Source of the DNA: Heteronotia binoei
Lineage: Eukaryota
DNA: 64,000 nt
Reading direction: 5' to 3'
NCBI RefSeq assembly: GCF_032191835.1
Contig: NC_083227.1
Span: 40,982,001 to 41,046,000 of the forward strand
This document shows positions 1 through 10,846 of the stretch, one piece after another. The notes beneath the pieces were generated by a model. It was not told where the DNA came from, made no database searches, and worked only from the letters and a program-made list of their open reading frames with translations. The position numbers were made by a program, and so were the translations under genes. Each line of letters starts with the position of its first letter. Within the stretch, counting starts at the first letter, position 1.

Positions 1-234
1 AGAAAATGGTACCAGCCTCTGCTCAAATTTCAACTTCCAGGTGCAGATAATACCCTGTAGAATGCTGTGTTGTATTCTAAACGCAGCAGTCCTCAATCCA
101 ACTGGTGTGGCAACATGATTCCAGCTATTGTCATGTTTCATGTAAACTTCTACTTGGCCACAGTGATCAACTGGGAACTAACATTACCACACAGTTGTTA
201 ACATATTTTGCACAGGTATTTTGCACAGCGTTTT

Positions 235-730
235 CTTTCTGATAATCCCCAGGTGGGGGCAGGGGATCCCCCAGTTTGGAGGCCCTCCCCCTGCTTCAGG
301 GTCATCAGAAACTGGGAGGGAGGGAAATGTCTCCTGGGCACTACATTATTCCCTATGAAAACCGATTCCCATAGGATATAATGGAGAATTGATCAGTGGG
401 TATCTAGGGCTCTGGGGAGGCTGTTTTTTGAGACAGAGACACCAAATTTTCAGCATAGTGCCTCTCCCCAAAATTCCCTCCAAGTTTCAAATGGATTGGG
501 CCAGGGGGTCCAATTCTATGAGCCCTAAAAGAAGGTGCCCCTATCCTTCATTATTTCCAATGGAGGGAAGGCATTTAAAAGGTGTGTGGTCCCTCTAAAT
601 GTGATGGCCAGAACTCCCTTTGGAGTACAACTATGCTTGTCACACCCTTGTTCCTGGCTCCACCCCCAATGTCTCTTGACTCCACCCGCAGAGTCTCCAG
701 ATATTTCTTGAATTGGACTTGGCAGCCCTA
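235..730 (+). mobile_element. Non-autonomous hAT-type MITE (TAGGGTTGCC...GGCAACCCTA family), 5' end degenerate
   Basis: Highly similar to the TSD-flanked copy at 61905..62431; ends in ggacttggcagcccta. Left boundary approximate. Confidence 0.8.
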
Positions 731-1091
731 GGCCCAGTTAGAGTGCTAACATTCAGGTGGGGGATGGAGTTGTCCCAGAATTGCAACAGATCTCTACACT
801 ACAGAGACCAGTTGCCCTGGAGAAAATGGCTGCTTCAGAGGGTGGGTTCTTATGCCATGGAGCCCTGGGGCCAGTGCATGTGAAAAGTATGTGGAGGGCT
901 TGAAACTTTTATTATTTATTTTTATTTTATTTGGTGGATTTATATTCCACCCTTTCCCAAGTGGGCTCAAGGCAGATCGCAGCATAATATAACCAGTTAA
1001 AATACAGCAATAAATTAATAAAATACAATTGAACACAACTCAATAAATATAGCAAACGGGGGGCAGGCTCATATTGCAGAGCACAATATAG

Positions 1092-1227
1092 CAGGGGTGG
1101 CCAACGGTAGCTCTCCAGATGTTTTTTGCCTACAACTCCCGTCAGCCCCAGCCATTGGCCATGCTGGCTGGGGCTGATGGGAGTTGTAGGCAAAAAACAA
1201 CTGGAGAGCTACCGTTGGCCACCCCTG
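1092..1227. mobile_element. Palindromic hAT MITE (136 bp)
   Basis: Near-perfect inverted repeat caggggtggccaac...gttggccacccctg; perfect 8-bp TSD caatatag (1084-1091 / 1228-1235). Confidence 0.9.
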
Positions 1228-1435
1228 CAATATAGTTATCGGCCCGAATATAATAGTTCATATGGTACATCATTGTGGGGGAGGATAAAGATGGTGTAGA
1301 CAGTGAAACAAAGGATGCCCACTTGCCTCAACCAAAAGCCTGGCAGAATAGCTCTGTTTTACAGGCCCTACGGAATGGTAACAAGTCCTGCTATAGTTAA
1401 TGTTAATATAGTTAATAAGAATGCCAATAATTGGT

Positions 1436-1640
1436 GGCGCCTTGACCTGGATGACGCAGGCTAGCCCAGTCTCATCAGATCTCAGAACTGAAGCAGGGTC
1501 AGTCTTGGTTTCTATCTGGATGGAAGACCGCTAAGGAAGTCCAGGGTTGCTATGCAGAGGCGGGCAATGGCAAACCACCTCTATTTGTCTCATGCCTTTT
1601 AAACCCTATGGGGTTGCCATGTCAGCACTTTCCACCCCCA
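1436..1640 (+). mobile_element. 5S rRNA-derived SINE
   Basis: Degenerate 5S-like head (tcagatctcagaactgaagcagggtc...ggatggaagaccg) followed by a ggcaatggcaaaccacctct tail; several related copies in the window. Boundaries approximate. Confidence 0.75.
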
Positions 1641-2012
1641 AGTAGTACGATGATGAACTCTTTATGTTTTATGGATCTTTCACACCAGGAACTATGTCTG
1701 ATGTCACAATTTCCAAATTTCCATATTAGAAAGAAAAACGTCTTACAAAGACATATTATCAGGTTCTATTGGCTGCTGTCTTGGCATCACTGCTACATCA
1801 CAAACTGTTTTTTTCCCCACCAGCCACCCAATCTCAGGGCAAACTACGGGCAATTTCTATGATTTGACCCTTAGTTATATGATTAGTTAGGACCTGCTTA
1901 AAAAAAATTTATGACAGGGAAGAACAACTCACAAAGACATACTATGACCAGCCTTTGGGCTGCCGATCTCTGCTACATCACAATCGGAGAGGGGGGTGGC
2001 CTCCCCAGCCAT

Positions 2013-2061
2013 CCAATCACAGGGCAAAGAGGTGGTCCCTCATTTGAATACAAGAATATAA
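2013..2061 (+). promoter_or_regulatory. Candidate H2B-type core promoter: CCAAT box, octamer-like element, TATA-like element
   Basis: CCAAT 2013-2017, ATTTGAAT 2042-2049 (1 mismatch to octamer ATTTGCAT), AATATAA 2055-2061. Same order as vertebrate H2B promoters, about 80 bp upstream of the ATG at 2138. Confidence 0.5.
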
Positions 2062-2137
2062 CAGAACATGTGAGCCCAGCCCTGAGGCATTCATCTGTAA
2101 GGCATACAGCTGACAGGAGGCACAGAGAATTGAAACA

Positions 2138-2752
2138 ATGGCTGCTTCCCAAGGTCAGAAGAAGAAAAGGGCCCAGCCTCAGAAGAAACTGAAACAGAAA
2201 CTGCCTATACAACCCAAACAAGGGAAGCAGGAGAAGACGAAGCGGACAAGGAGGCGAATGAATAAGTCCCGGAACACAAAGCGATCTTCCAGCGTGTTTG
2301 TGTCTAAGGTGCTGAAGCAGCTGTGCCAAGAAAAGGTGCCCCTCCCAGCCAAGGACAATGAAAAGACAGTCTTTTCGCAACGCTGTTTCCTGGCAAGCCA
2401 AGATGGGCAGCAGCAGCAATGTTTCCTCAGCAATTTCGTCTCCTCTCAAGCTGCCTCTGATACCACGGAGAGCCTCAATGTGCCCATGGTAACGGCATGC
2501 CCTTGCAAGCCAGCTGCAACCAGATGGACTGCCACCATTTCTCCTCCACAGCAGAGTGCCCTGACAAGCCAGCTGTGGCCGGAAGGGCAGCAGCAATACT
2601 TCAGCAATGCGGCAACCTCTCAAGCCCTCTATAGCCAGATGAACACCCTCGCTGCCAAGGAGCTGCACTATGAGGTGAATGAGAGGATGCCTGTGCCCAA
2701 GCAATCCGTCATGTGCTTGTTCGCCAACAAGCCCACCAACCCTCGATATTAG
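2138..2752 (+). CDS. Intronless 204-aa protein with a Lys/Arg-rich N-terminus and a histone H2B-like helix-1 motif (divergent H2B-derived candidate)
   Basis: Strong Kozak context (acaATGg). KRSSSVFVSKVLKQL aligns with H2B KESYSIYVYKVLKQV (9/15 identical) after a basic tail; the rest is Gln-rich and only weakly H2B-like. Confidence 0.5.
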   Translation: MAASQGQKKKRAQPQKKLKQKLPIQPKQGKQEKTKRTRRRMNKSRNTKRSSSVFVSKVLKQLCQEKVPLPAKDNEKTVFSQRCFLASQDGQQQQCFLSNFVSSQAASDTTESLNVPMVTACPCKPAATRWTATISPPQQSALTSQLWPEGQQQYFSNAATSQALYSQMNTLAAKELHYEVNERMPVPKQSVMCLFANKPTNPRY

Positions 2753-3883
2753 CTCAACAACACACTCTTTCTCCCTTGGCTGGCATGAATGATTTCTTAA
2801 GGGGAGAAGGAAGAGAAGACATGGCTAGCCTTTGAAAAATCCCATCTTCCACCTGACATTGCCATGAATGATGCTGAGAAACCCAGTGGTCTAAAGAAAT
2901 GACTTGCCTACAACAATCTTACAAGGGAGGGAGCGAAAGGCCAATCTTTACTTGAGAAAAAGACTTTGAGATGTAAATGTGACAACACCTTCCCCTTTCT
3001 TATTAAAAAGGAGAGAGCTTTTGGCTCCTCTGGATTTCCCAGTGCTTGGATTGTATGTTAGAGATTTCCCTGCAGGACAAGAAACATAAGTTACTATTAA
3101 CATACTAATAAAGTGGGATTTTAGAAAATGTCTCTTGTTTAGCAATGACTTTTTTACTTGTGTTGTGTGTGTGATGCAATAATCACTGGGTTTATGCAGA
3201 AATTGTTATTATTGCTCATGGCGAGTCAAACAATTAAAACAATTAAAGACTAATTACAGTATAAAACAGCCAAAAATAAAACCATGCTAAAAGAAACTCT
3301 GTCTCTACAGTAGTAACCTAACAGTCCAGAAGTCCATTGGGCCGTGGTTGCTGGAATAAGAGCAGGGGCGGGGAGGCCTAAAAACAGGTGATGTCCACTG
3401 CCTCAACTAAAGGCCTGGCGGAAGAGCTCTGTTTTGCAGGCCCTTCAGAACTGAAGCAGATCCTGCAGGGCCTGGATCTCCAAAGGAAGCTCATTCCACC
3501 AGGCAGGTGAAATAAAATTTATATTCCACTATTTGCCCTCACAAGGCCAGCAAGATGGCTAACAATTTAAGAAATGCAAGATAAGATCACATTTTAAAAC
3601 CATTAAAATCAGTTCCCCCCCCCCCCAAAAATACACATCATTACAGCTATTAAAAACAGAGTTGAAATACATACAAAACATTTTTTTAAACACTTAAAAT
3701 GTTGGCTAGGGAGGACAGAATGCCCAACAACAAAAAAAGTTCCTCACCTGCTGGCGGAAAATGGCAACAGACAAATCTCCCTAGGGCGAGAGTTCCAGAG
3801 TTTTGGTTCCATGACCAAGTAGACCCTTTCCCAGGTTGCCACCCACCTCATCTCAGAAGGGGGAGGCACCCAAAGAAGTTCCT

Positions 3884-5390
3884 TGTGGAGACACAGCTGG
3901 GCTGAGCGTCTGTCTGAGAGAGAGTTTGAAGTCAGAAGGGGACAAAACCAGGCACCTTCTGCAAGGGAAACTCTCTGGGAGTTCTGCCAGCACATCTAGG
4001 CAGACTCCTTGCATAAACTGAGATCACTCAAACGCTCTGGAGGGAGGACTGGATTCTGGTGGCTAGAAGGGAATCCCAAGACTCAGACAAGGAATCTAGC
4101 TGTGGCTGACACACAAGAGTGACAGGCTGGTATTAGCTCTCAGAGGTGTGAGTCCTGGAAGCTAGTGTGTATGTCTTTGTGGGAGAATTAATCTGGCACC
4201 AGTCAGAAGTTCTAAGTGTGTGTGGAAAAGAGTGACTGTCAGTTTATGTCCCACTCAGCCTGGGCTGGGACTCCACGGCCCCCCCCCACGCTCGCCAGCC
4301 ATTCCCCCCCCACCGGCACCCAAGGAGCTCCCCGCCTTGCTGCTGGATGCCCCAGCAGCCGCGCCACCACCTACCTGGGCGTCCAACGCCCGAGTGACGC
4401 CCCCGGCAGCACCCCCCAGCCCCCGCAGCTAGCACACATAGCCCCAGGCACGAGGAGTCTGGCTGATGCGCAGCATCGAAGGCGGCCGGGGCTGGGGAGC
4501 AGAGAAGGAGACCAGCAACTGCGGAGGGAGGGGCCGGCAGGCCAAGCTGCGATGGCTGGCACTGCTGTGCCTCGACATTCCACGAAGGCCATGGACGACC
4601 CAGCAGCCCCAGGGTGGCCAAGCCCTGGAGCGCCTCCCCCCGGCATCCAGGCTTATGAATGGGGGCGGAGCCAGAAGGGGGTGGGACCCGGGGAGTGGGG
4701 AGGGAATTGGCAGAGGGATAAAAGGGAGAGGGACAAGAGATTGGGGAGGAAGCTGGCTGAGGCAAAAAGGGGCTGCCAACTGAGAGAGAGAGGAGCCCAC
4801 ACCCATCCAGAGGGAAAAGGGGGCCTGAGGTGCAGTGACCTGGCTCCCTCCCCTAATTCTGAGACCTCAAAGGGACACTCAACCAGGTCTCACAAGGGGC
4901 GATCCAGGCGGGGGGGCGACAGCCGCACCAGGGGACCGCAAGGGGCGCCTGGGGCACGACAGTTTATTATTTTTATGATTTGAGAAGCCAGAGCAGAGGA
5001 CTATATCATCTGAATGGCAAAGCATTCCTAGTGCTCAGTAGGCACTGCCTGCCTGTCCTAGGGTATTGTATAGTTCTAAAGCCTGCCAGTGTTATATTTT
5101 TTATGTTATCTCAGCCTGATAAACCTCTAGTAAATAGTAATTGATTATTCCAGTAACCATCTGCCAACCAACTGATTCGTTGTATTTGATCAGATCTAAT
5201 CAATATTATTTTTATGCCTCTCCCTTGCCTTTTGTAATCCAATAAACATTTCTTTGTTTTTTGTTTTTTAACTGTCTGGTGCCTAGTTTACTTTAGTTCT
5301 GACAAAATTTCTGTGTGTGTGTCTGAGGGAAATTTGGAGGAAATTTTATAATGGTCGCCCTCCCAAGCCGACCGTGACCGATTCCTCACA
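3884..5390. mobile_element. LTR-like element with GC-rich interior (tentative)
   Basis: Begins tgtggag and ends ctcaca (TG...CA); AATAAA near 5241; CpG-rich core about 4260-4960. No clean TSD found. Confidence 0.3.
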
Positions 5391-5904
5391 TTACCATCCT
5401 ACCAACCTATTCTTAGACTGTTTTAAGAATGTTTCTTGCCATGAGTATGTCCATCTTGGTTCAAGTCTGGCCTATGTTAATCATCATAACTTGTGCTGTT
5501 AGGATTTCTTGCTTGTTAATCTATTCTGTTATTTCCATAATGAACACAAGTATCGGTTCTCTACCCTAGGAATGTGGCACGGCCAGCAATTGAAGGTCAA
5601 GTGGCTTTATCTGCACCCAGAGATTCCTACTTCCACTTTTGAGAGGAACCTGCACCAGCTAGCTCAAATAGAGGGGGTGGGGGGATGAGAGATGCTTTTT
5701 ATTGGTAGAGGGGGGAAAGGCACTTTGAGTTTAAGCATGTAACAGCTTAAGCATGTAACCAAGGCTATATTTGTATGTACTGAGCCAGGGGGCTCAGTTC
5801 CACCAAGACTACATCTTGGAACTGTAATATTAATGGATAAACCTTATTTGAGTACATCATAGAGGTGATAATTGATGTGGCATGTGCAGCACTTGACTGT
5901 GGGC

Positions 5905-7330
5905 CCCCCTAAGCACCAAGAATACAGAGCATCACTGCCCCAGACAAAGAGTTCCAAGCATACGCTGTGGCTAATAACCACTGATGGACCTCTGCTCCAT
6001 ATGTTTATCCAATCCCCTCTTGAAGCTGTCTATGCTTACAGCCACCACCACCTCCTGTGGCAGTGAATTCTATGTGTTAATCACCCTTTGGGTGAAGAAG
6101 TACTTCCTTTTATCAGTTCTAACCTGACTGCTCAGCAATTTCATTAAATGTCCACGAGTTCTTGTGTTGTGAGAAAGGGAGGAAAGTACTACTTTCTTTA
6201 CCTTCTCTATCCCATGCATAATCTTGTAAACCTCTATCATGTCACCCCTCAGTCTACGTTTCTCCAAGCTGTAGAGCCCCAAGCATTTTAACCTTTCTTC
6301 ATAGGGAAAGTGTTCCAACCCTTTAATCATTATAGTTGCCCTTTTTTTGCACTTTTTCCATTGTTATAATATCTTTTTTGAAGTGCAGTGACCAGAATTG
6401 TACACAGTACTCCAAATGAGGCAGCACCATCAATTTATACAGGGGCATTATGATACTGGCTGATTCGTTTTCCGTTCCCTTCCTAATAATTCCCAGCATG
6501 GTGTTGGCCTTTTTTATTGCAGTCACACACTGTCTCGACATTTTCAGTGAGTTATCTACCACAACCCCAAGATCTCTCTCTTGGTCAGTCTCCGCCAGTT
6601 CACACCCCATCAATTTGTATTTATAGTTAGGATTTTTGGCCCCAATGTGCATTACTTTGTACTTGGTCACATTGAACCTCATGTGCCATGTTGATGCCCA
6701 CTTGCCCAGCCTTGACAGATCCCTTTGGAGTGCCTCACAATCCTCTCTGGTTCTCACTGTCAGACCTAGAGTCAAGGAAAAGACAGTTGAAGTTCAAGAT
6801 CTTTATTCCAGCTTTATGGACATGCACACGCATTGTCAGAACTGACCTCTCTGTCAGTTCCCCCAACTTATAAACCTTTGCCCTGACCATTATAATTCAA
6901 GCCAAAGCGTGCCAAGCAAAAGTGGGGATATAGTGTGGGGTTTTTGCAAAGCTCTCATCACTGCAGGTGCTTGCTATCAGTTCATGGTTTGCATCTCCTC
7001 CAGCTCTTGCCCTTGGTTACCTAGCAACTAGTCAATTCCCAGACATGCCATCCTCCCTCCAGATAAGCAACAAGTTACAGTTATATCAAAGGTATAGCAA
7101 GCGCAGCCTAGCATTATACAATTGAATACACATGACAAGAGGAACAAGATGGAATGACTCTTGACACTCACCACCCTGAACAATTTAGTGTCATTCACAA
7201 ACTTAGCCACTTCATTGCTTACTCCCAACTCCAAATCATTAATGAACAAGTTAAAAAGCATCAGACCCAGTATCGAGCCCTACCACTTTCCACTGTGAAA
7301 ATTGCCCATTTATACTCACTCTCTGTTCCC
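5905..7330 (-). mobile_element. CR1 LINE 3' fragment (RT C-terminus and 3' UTR), interrupted by a solo LTR
   Basis: Minus-strand ORFs 6070..6330 (LYSLEKRRLRGDMIEVYKIMHG), 6323..6775 (PHLEYCVQFWS) and 7028..7261 (LFNLFINDLE...KFVNDTKL) are typical CR1 ORF2 peptides. Confidence 0.92.
6758..7166 (-). mobile_element. Solo LTR (409 bp) inserted in CR1
   Basis: tgtcag...ttgaca termini; 5-bp TSD ctcac (6753-6757 / 7167-7171); CR1 sequence resumes after it; minus-strand TATA-like and AATAAA signals. Confidence 0.85.
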
Positions 7331-7365
7331 TAGTGAATGCAGTGTTTCGGGAGTGGAGGGAGCCT

Positions 7366-8052
7366 AGAAGGACCCCAAATTGGCTCTCAGTCATCCTGAA
7401 TAGAGGAATGTTTAGTTCAGATTTGACCTTTATAGTATAACCATCTGGAATACAAGTGCCTTAAGACCATAAGTGTTGCTCAGTGGTTAGAACGTACAAC
7501 TAGGATCTTGGAGACCTTGGTTTGACTCCCTACTCTGCCATGGAAGTTCATTGAGTGATGGCGGGCCACTATCTCTTGCTCAGCCTAAGCTATCATTGTT
7601 GTAATGATAAAATGGAGGAGGAGAGAATGATATTTTGGGGGCCCAATGGAGAGAAAAAGAGTGTAAATTACTAATAAATTAAAGAAATTAATTCAGCACA
7701 CACACAAATCCAGCTTGTTCCTAGGTTCATGTATGTACATCCTTTCTTCCATTCAGCACAATGCCCTGGTACCAGTGACTCATGAATAAAGGCACCTCGT
7801 GTTAAGCAGTTTCTCCCTCGAAACAGAAGATTCTAAACCACACTTTGATGCTTAGATTCCTGGCTTGTAGGGTGGGGGCTAACTCAGGTAAACTCACATA
7901 CCTGGATTTTTACTTCATAAGTACCAGAGGAAGAGAAAGGAAGGATGAGCCACATATGTGAGGCTGGCCACACCCTGAGTTTGGGCAGAAAAGGTCTGGA
8001 CTCTGGAGTTTCATGCAGGGTGGAGTCTGGTTTCCTCTTTATGGTGACAAAT
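7366..8052 (+). repeat. Segmental-duplication block B (paralogous to 52817..53762)
   Basis: Non-TE sequence gaaggaccccaaattggctctcag... through ...tttatggtgacaaa occurs in the same orientation at both loci; the second copy carries an extra MITE at about 52948-53156. Confidence 0.85.
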
Positions 8053-9477
8053 AGCCATGTCAACGGAACCATTTGCCCACCTTTCAAGAATGCGTGAGAC
8101 ACATCACTTTAGGGATTTTCTGAGCTGGGGACATGTGCCTTGGTACCAGGAGAAAGCAGCCCACGTCGGAACTCAAACACAGTTTCTGGATAGATCAGGA
8201 AGAAAAACCTTCCAGCTGGGTAAGAGTTAAAAAGCTTAGCACACTCTGTCAGACCTGGTACTAGGGGTTCTGGCACCTCTAGGCCAAGGTCTGTTCCCTG
8301 TCCCCCCCTTACCTTCTCACGCACGCAAAGTGGTGCGGTCCAATGACATCACCGGCCGGCTCCCTTTGAAGCAGGGGAGGGCTGGGCTGAGTGCTCACGG
8401 CGGGAAGCAGCAGCAGGCGCAGGGAAATGGAGGGAAGCAGTGGGCGCGGGGAGAGGGGGTGTCTCATGGCGTCCCTAAGCCAAGTGGCGCCTGAGGCAGC
8501 CTCCTACTTGGCCTACTCCCACGCGCTGGCCCTGCATTCTGTGAAAGCTGATGAATGGAAGTCTGCCTTGACTAGTCTCTATTTCAAAGTTCAGCTTTGC
8601 TTGTGTCCTTTCCTTGTAATGGAATGGTAAGGTCAATCCTGTGATCTGGACAGTTTAGCCTCATGTTTTGCTTCTTTTCTTAATTCCGTAATGCCCTTTT
8701 AATGTTTTGATGTAGTTTTGCAGTGCTCCTGTGCTTTAGTGAAGAGAAATATATTTTAGTAAATAAAGATCGTTTTCCTTCTAAAAATTGCAGACTGTGC
8801 CCAAAGATTCCACCCAGAGAAACTGTCAGCTAGTCCAGGCATAGACCAAAAAAGCTCCTGACTGGACTAAGGACAGGGGAAGATGGGCTGCATAGCAGCT
8901 GACATGCACCCTCATAGCCTCTATCCATGCCTGAAACCACAGGTAGTGGAAGAGTGGTGGCAGCCCCCCAAGTAAGATAAGAGAGGAGAGGAATGGGGGA
9001 AATCCAAGCCCTCTCTCACACACGCCAATTTCGCACAGTGTCTTAGCTACTCTTGGGTAAGAAGAACAAGGAAAACAAGTGTAGAGGATCATCATAGTTG
9101 CATCATCTAAACACAGCAGTAATTCTTGCCCAAGGCCTTGCCCGAGAGTTGGACAGTGGGTGGGAAGCAATACAGAAGGAAACATGAGCTGGAGCAACTG
9201 TCAGGAAGGCCCTGCATCTCCTAATGACACATGTTACTCGGTGAAAAGTTGGAAGGCAACGCGAGGCTTGGTTTACATAATTGGGCATAGGAACAGATTG
9301 CACATTTCACTTCCTGCAAGAGAAACTCCAGTTTACCAGAAGGAGAAGGGCAGGAAGTCATTAGGTTAAAATAAAATTCTAGGAACAGGTTAGCAAAATA
9401 AAACCATTTGGTAATCACAAGATGACAATGAGTAGCCAAGGTGCTCTGCCTGCAAAGGAGGCAAATGTGGTGAAAGC

Positions 9478-9740
9478 CATTTTGGTGTAGGGGTTAAGTG
9501 AGTGGACTCTTATCTGGGAGAACCGGGTTTGATTCCCCACTCCTCACGTGGATCTGCTGGAATGTCCTTGGGTCATTCACAAAGCTCAAGAGCAGTCTTG
9601 GAGAGCTCTCTCAGCCCCACCTACCTCACAGGGCAGAAAAGCTATAAACATGGGGGAGGGGAGGGAAAAGAGATTGTAAACTGCTCTGAGACTCCAAGTG
9701 AAGGGCAGAGTATAAATCCAATCTTCTTCTCCTTCTCCCC
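9478..9740 (+). mobile_element. tRNA-derived squamate SINE (Squam3-like)
   Basis: tttggtgtaggggttaag...gggtttgattccccactcc head, ctctctcagccccacctacctcacaggg body, tcttct tail. Boundaries approximate. Confidence 0.8.
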
Positions 9741-10604
9741 CTCCCCTCCCTCCTTCTTTCCAGCTGCCTCATGTGGAGTTGAAGTCTTAAGCAGAGCTAC
9801 ACCCCTCTAGGTGAAGTCAGTATTTTAGAAGGAGAAACTCAGTTTAGGGCTGCACTGTAGATCCACAGATATCTCTTGTTTATTGGAAGGAAGTGTCACA
9901 GACATCCCTTTTGGGGAGGCCAGCCAGGCAAGGATCTAGGAAGCCATCAGACTACCTTGGTTGCCAGCCTTTAATCCACAGTTTCAAAAAGAGATAGATG
10001 TAAGGCCTCTATAATTCTTTTGCAAGGCAAGTACATATAATTGTTCAACATAAGTCCTGTTCAAAAACCAGGAATCCAGAGAAGGCATCATCCACCTTTG
10101 GAGAAAAGGAAATAAAGATTTCATGTCAACATAAAGCAGAAACCAGGGAAGGCAATACCCTTTTATTTAGAGCATACTAGAATTTCACATTTCCACTAAA
10201 CAATGCATACTGGTGATGGTGGTGGAAAGAGCCATCATGGGGGAGGGATGGTCAGGGATGGTGCATGGGAGCAGGCCATGTAGGCGGCTGCCTAGGGCAC
10301 TGCATGACCTATGGGGCGCCTCTAGGCACCGCCTCCCCACACACCAGCCAGCCCGCTGGGCTTCCTTGTGCTGCGGGGAGGTGGAGTGGGGCCGGGTGTT
10401 TGCACGCCGGGCTCCTCAAGAGGAGCCCATCATGCAAACCGAGCCATCCGCTCCACTTTGCTTCCCCGTGCCACAGAGAGGTGGAGCAGGACCTGGCGTT
10501 TGCACGCCGGGCTCCTCAAGAGGAGTCTGCCCTGCAAACCCGACCATTGGAGGGCAGGGAGTGGGGCCTTGCCGGGGGCGACAAAAGCCCCAGCGCCAGC
10601 CCTG

Positions 10605-10812
10605 GGGATGGTGGCTCAGTGGTAGAGCATCTGCTTGGTAAGCAGGAGGTTCCAGGTTCAATCCCCAGCATCTCCAACTAAAAAGGGTCCAGGCAAGTAG
10701 GCGTAAATAACCTCAGCTTGAGATCCTGGAGAGCCGCTGCCAGACTGAGTAGACAATACTGACTTTGATGAACCAAGTGTCTGATTCAGTATAAGGCAGC
10801 TTCATATATTCA
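10605..10812 (+). mobile_element. tRNA-derived squamate SINE (Squam2-like)
   Basis: gtggctcagtggtagagcatctgctt...ggttcaatcccc head plus gactgagtagacaatactg...cagtataaggcagcttc body; related copies at about 24870, 28880, 51470 (minus) and 63400. Confidence 0.8.
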
Positions 10813-10846
10813 TAAGTCACAGTCCACTTATAGAAACTCCATAGGG

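Noticed and set aside
389-598. Recurring similar short ORFs (also 11528..12009, 14956..15381, 62140..62432)
   Set aside because: All lie within copies of the TAGGGTTGCC hAT MITE; the similarity reflects the repeat, not a gene family.
1436-1545. 5S rRNA-like sequences (also about 11040, 26600, 29610, 58600, 61430, 63800)
   Set aside because: Heavily diverged and fused to a common SINE tail; these are SINE heads, not 5S rRNA genes.
1973-2704. 243-aa antisense ORF overlapping the H2B-like ORF
   Set aside because: No recognisable motif; most simply a shadow of the CAG/AAG-rich sense ORF, which has the Kozak context and promoter elements.
4216-4983. Cluster of 70-255-aa ORFs on both strands
   Set aside because: Low-complexity Pro/Gly/Ala peptides, as expected from stop-poor GC-rich DNA; no domain seen.
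8930-8970. Possible remnant of LAAO exon 3 (agtggaagagtggtggcagc ~ SGRVGG)
   Set aside because: The match is only a few codons, needs an indel, and the flanks do not align.
10609-10680. tRNA-like sequences (also about 9480, 24875, 28407, 28888, 43170, 63402)
   Set aside because: They continue into SINE bodies and lack intact acceptor and anticodon pairing; not tRNA genes.
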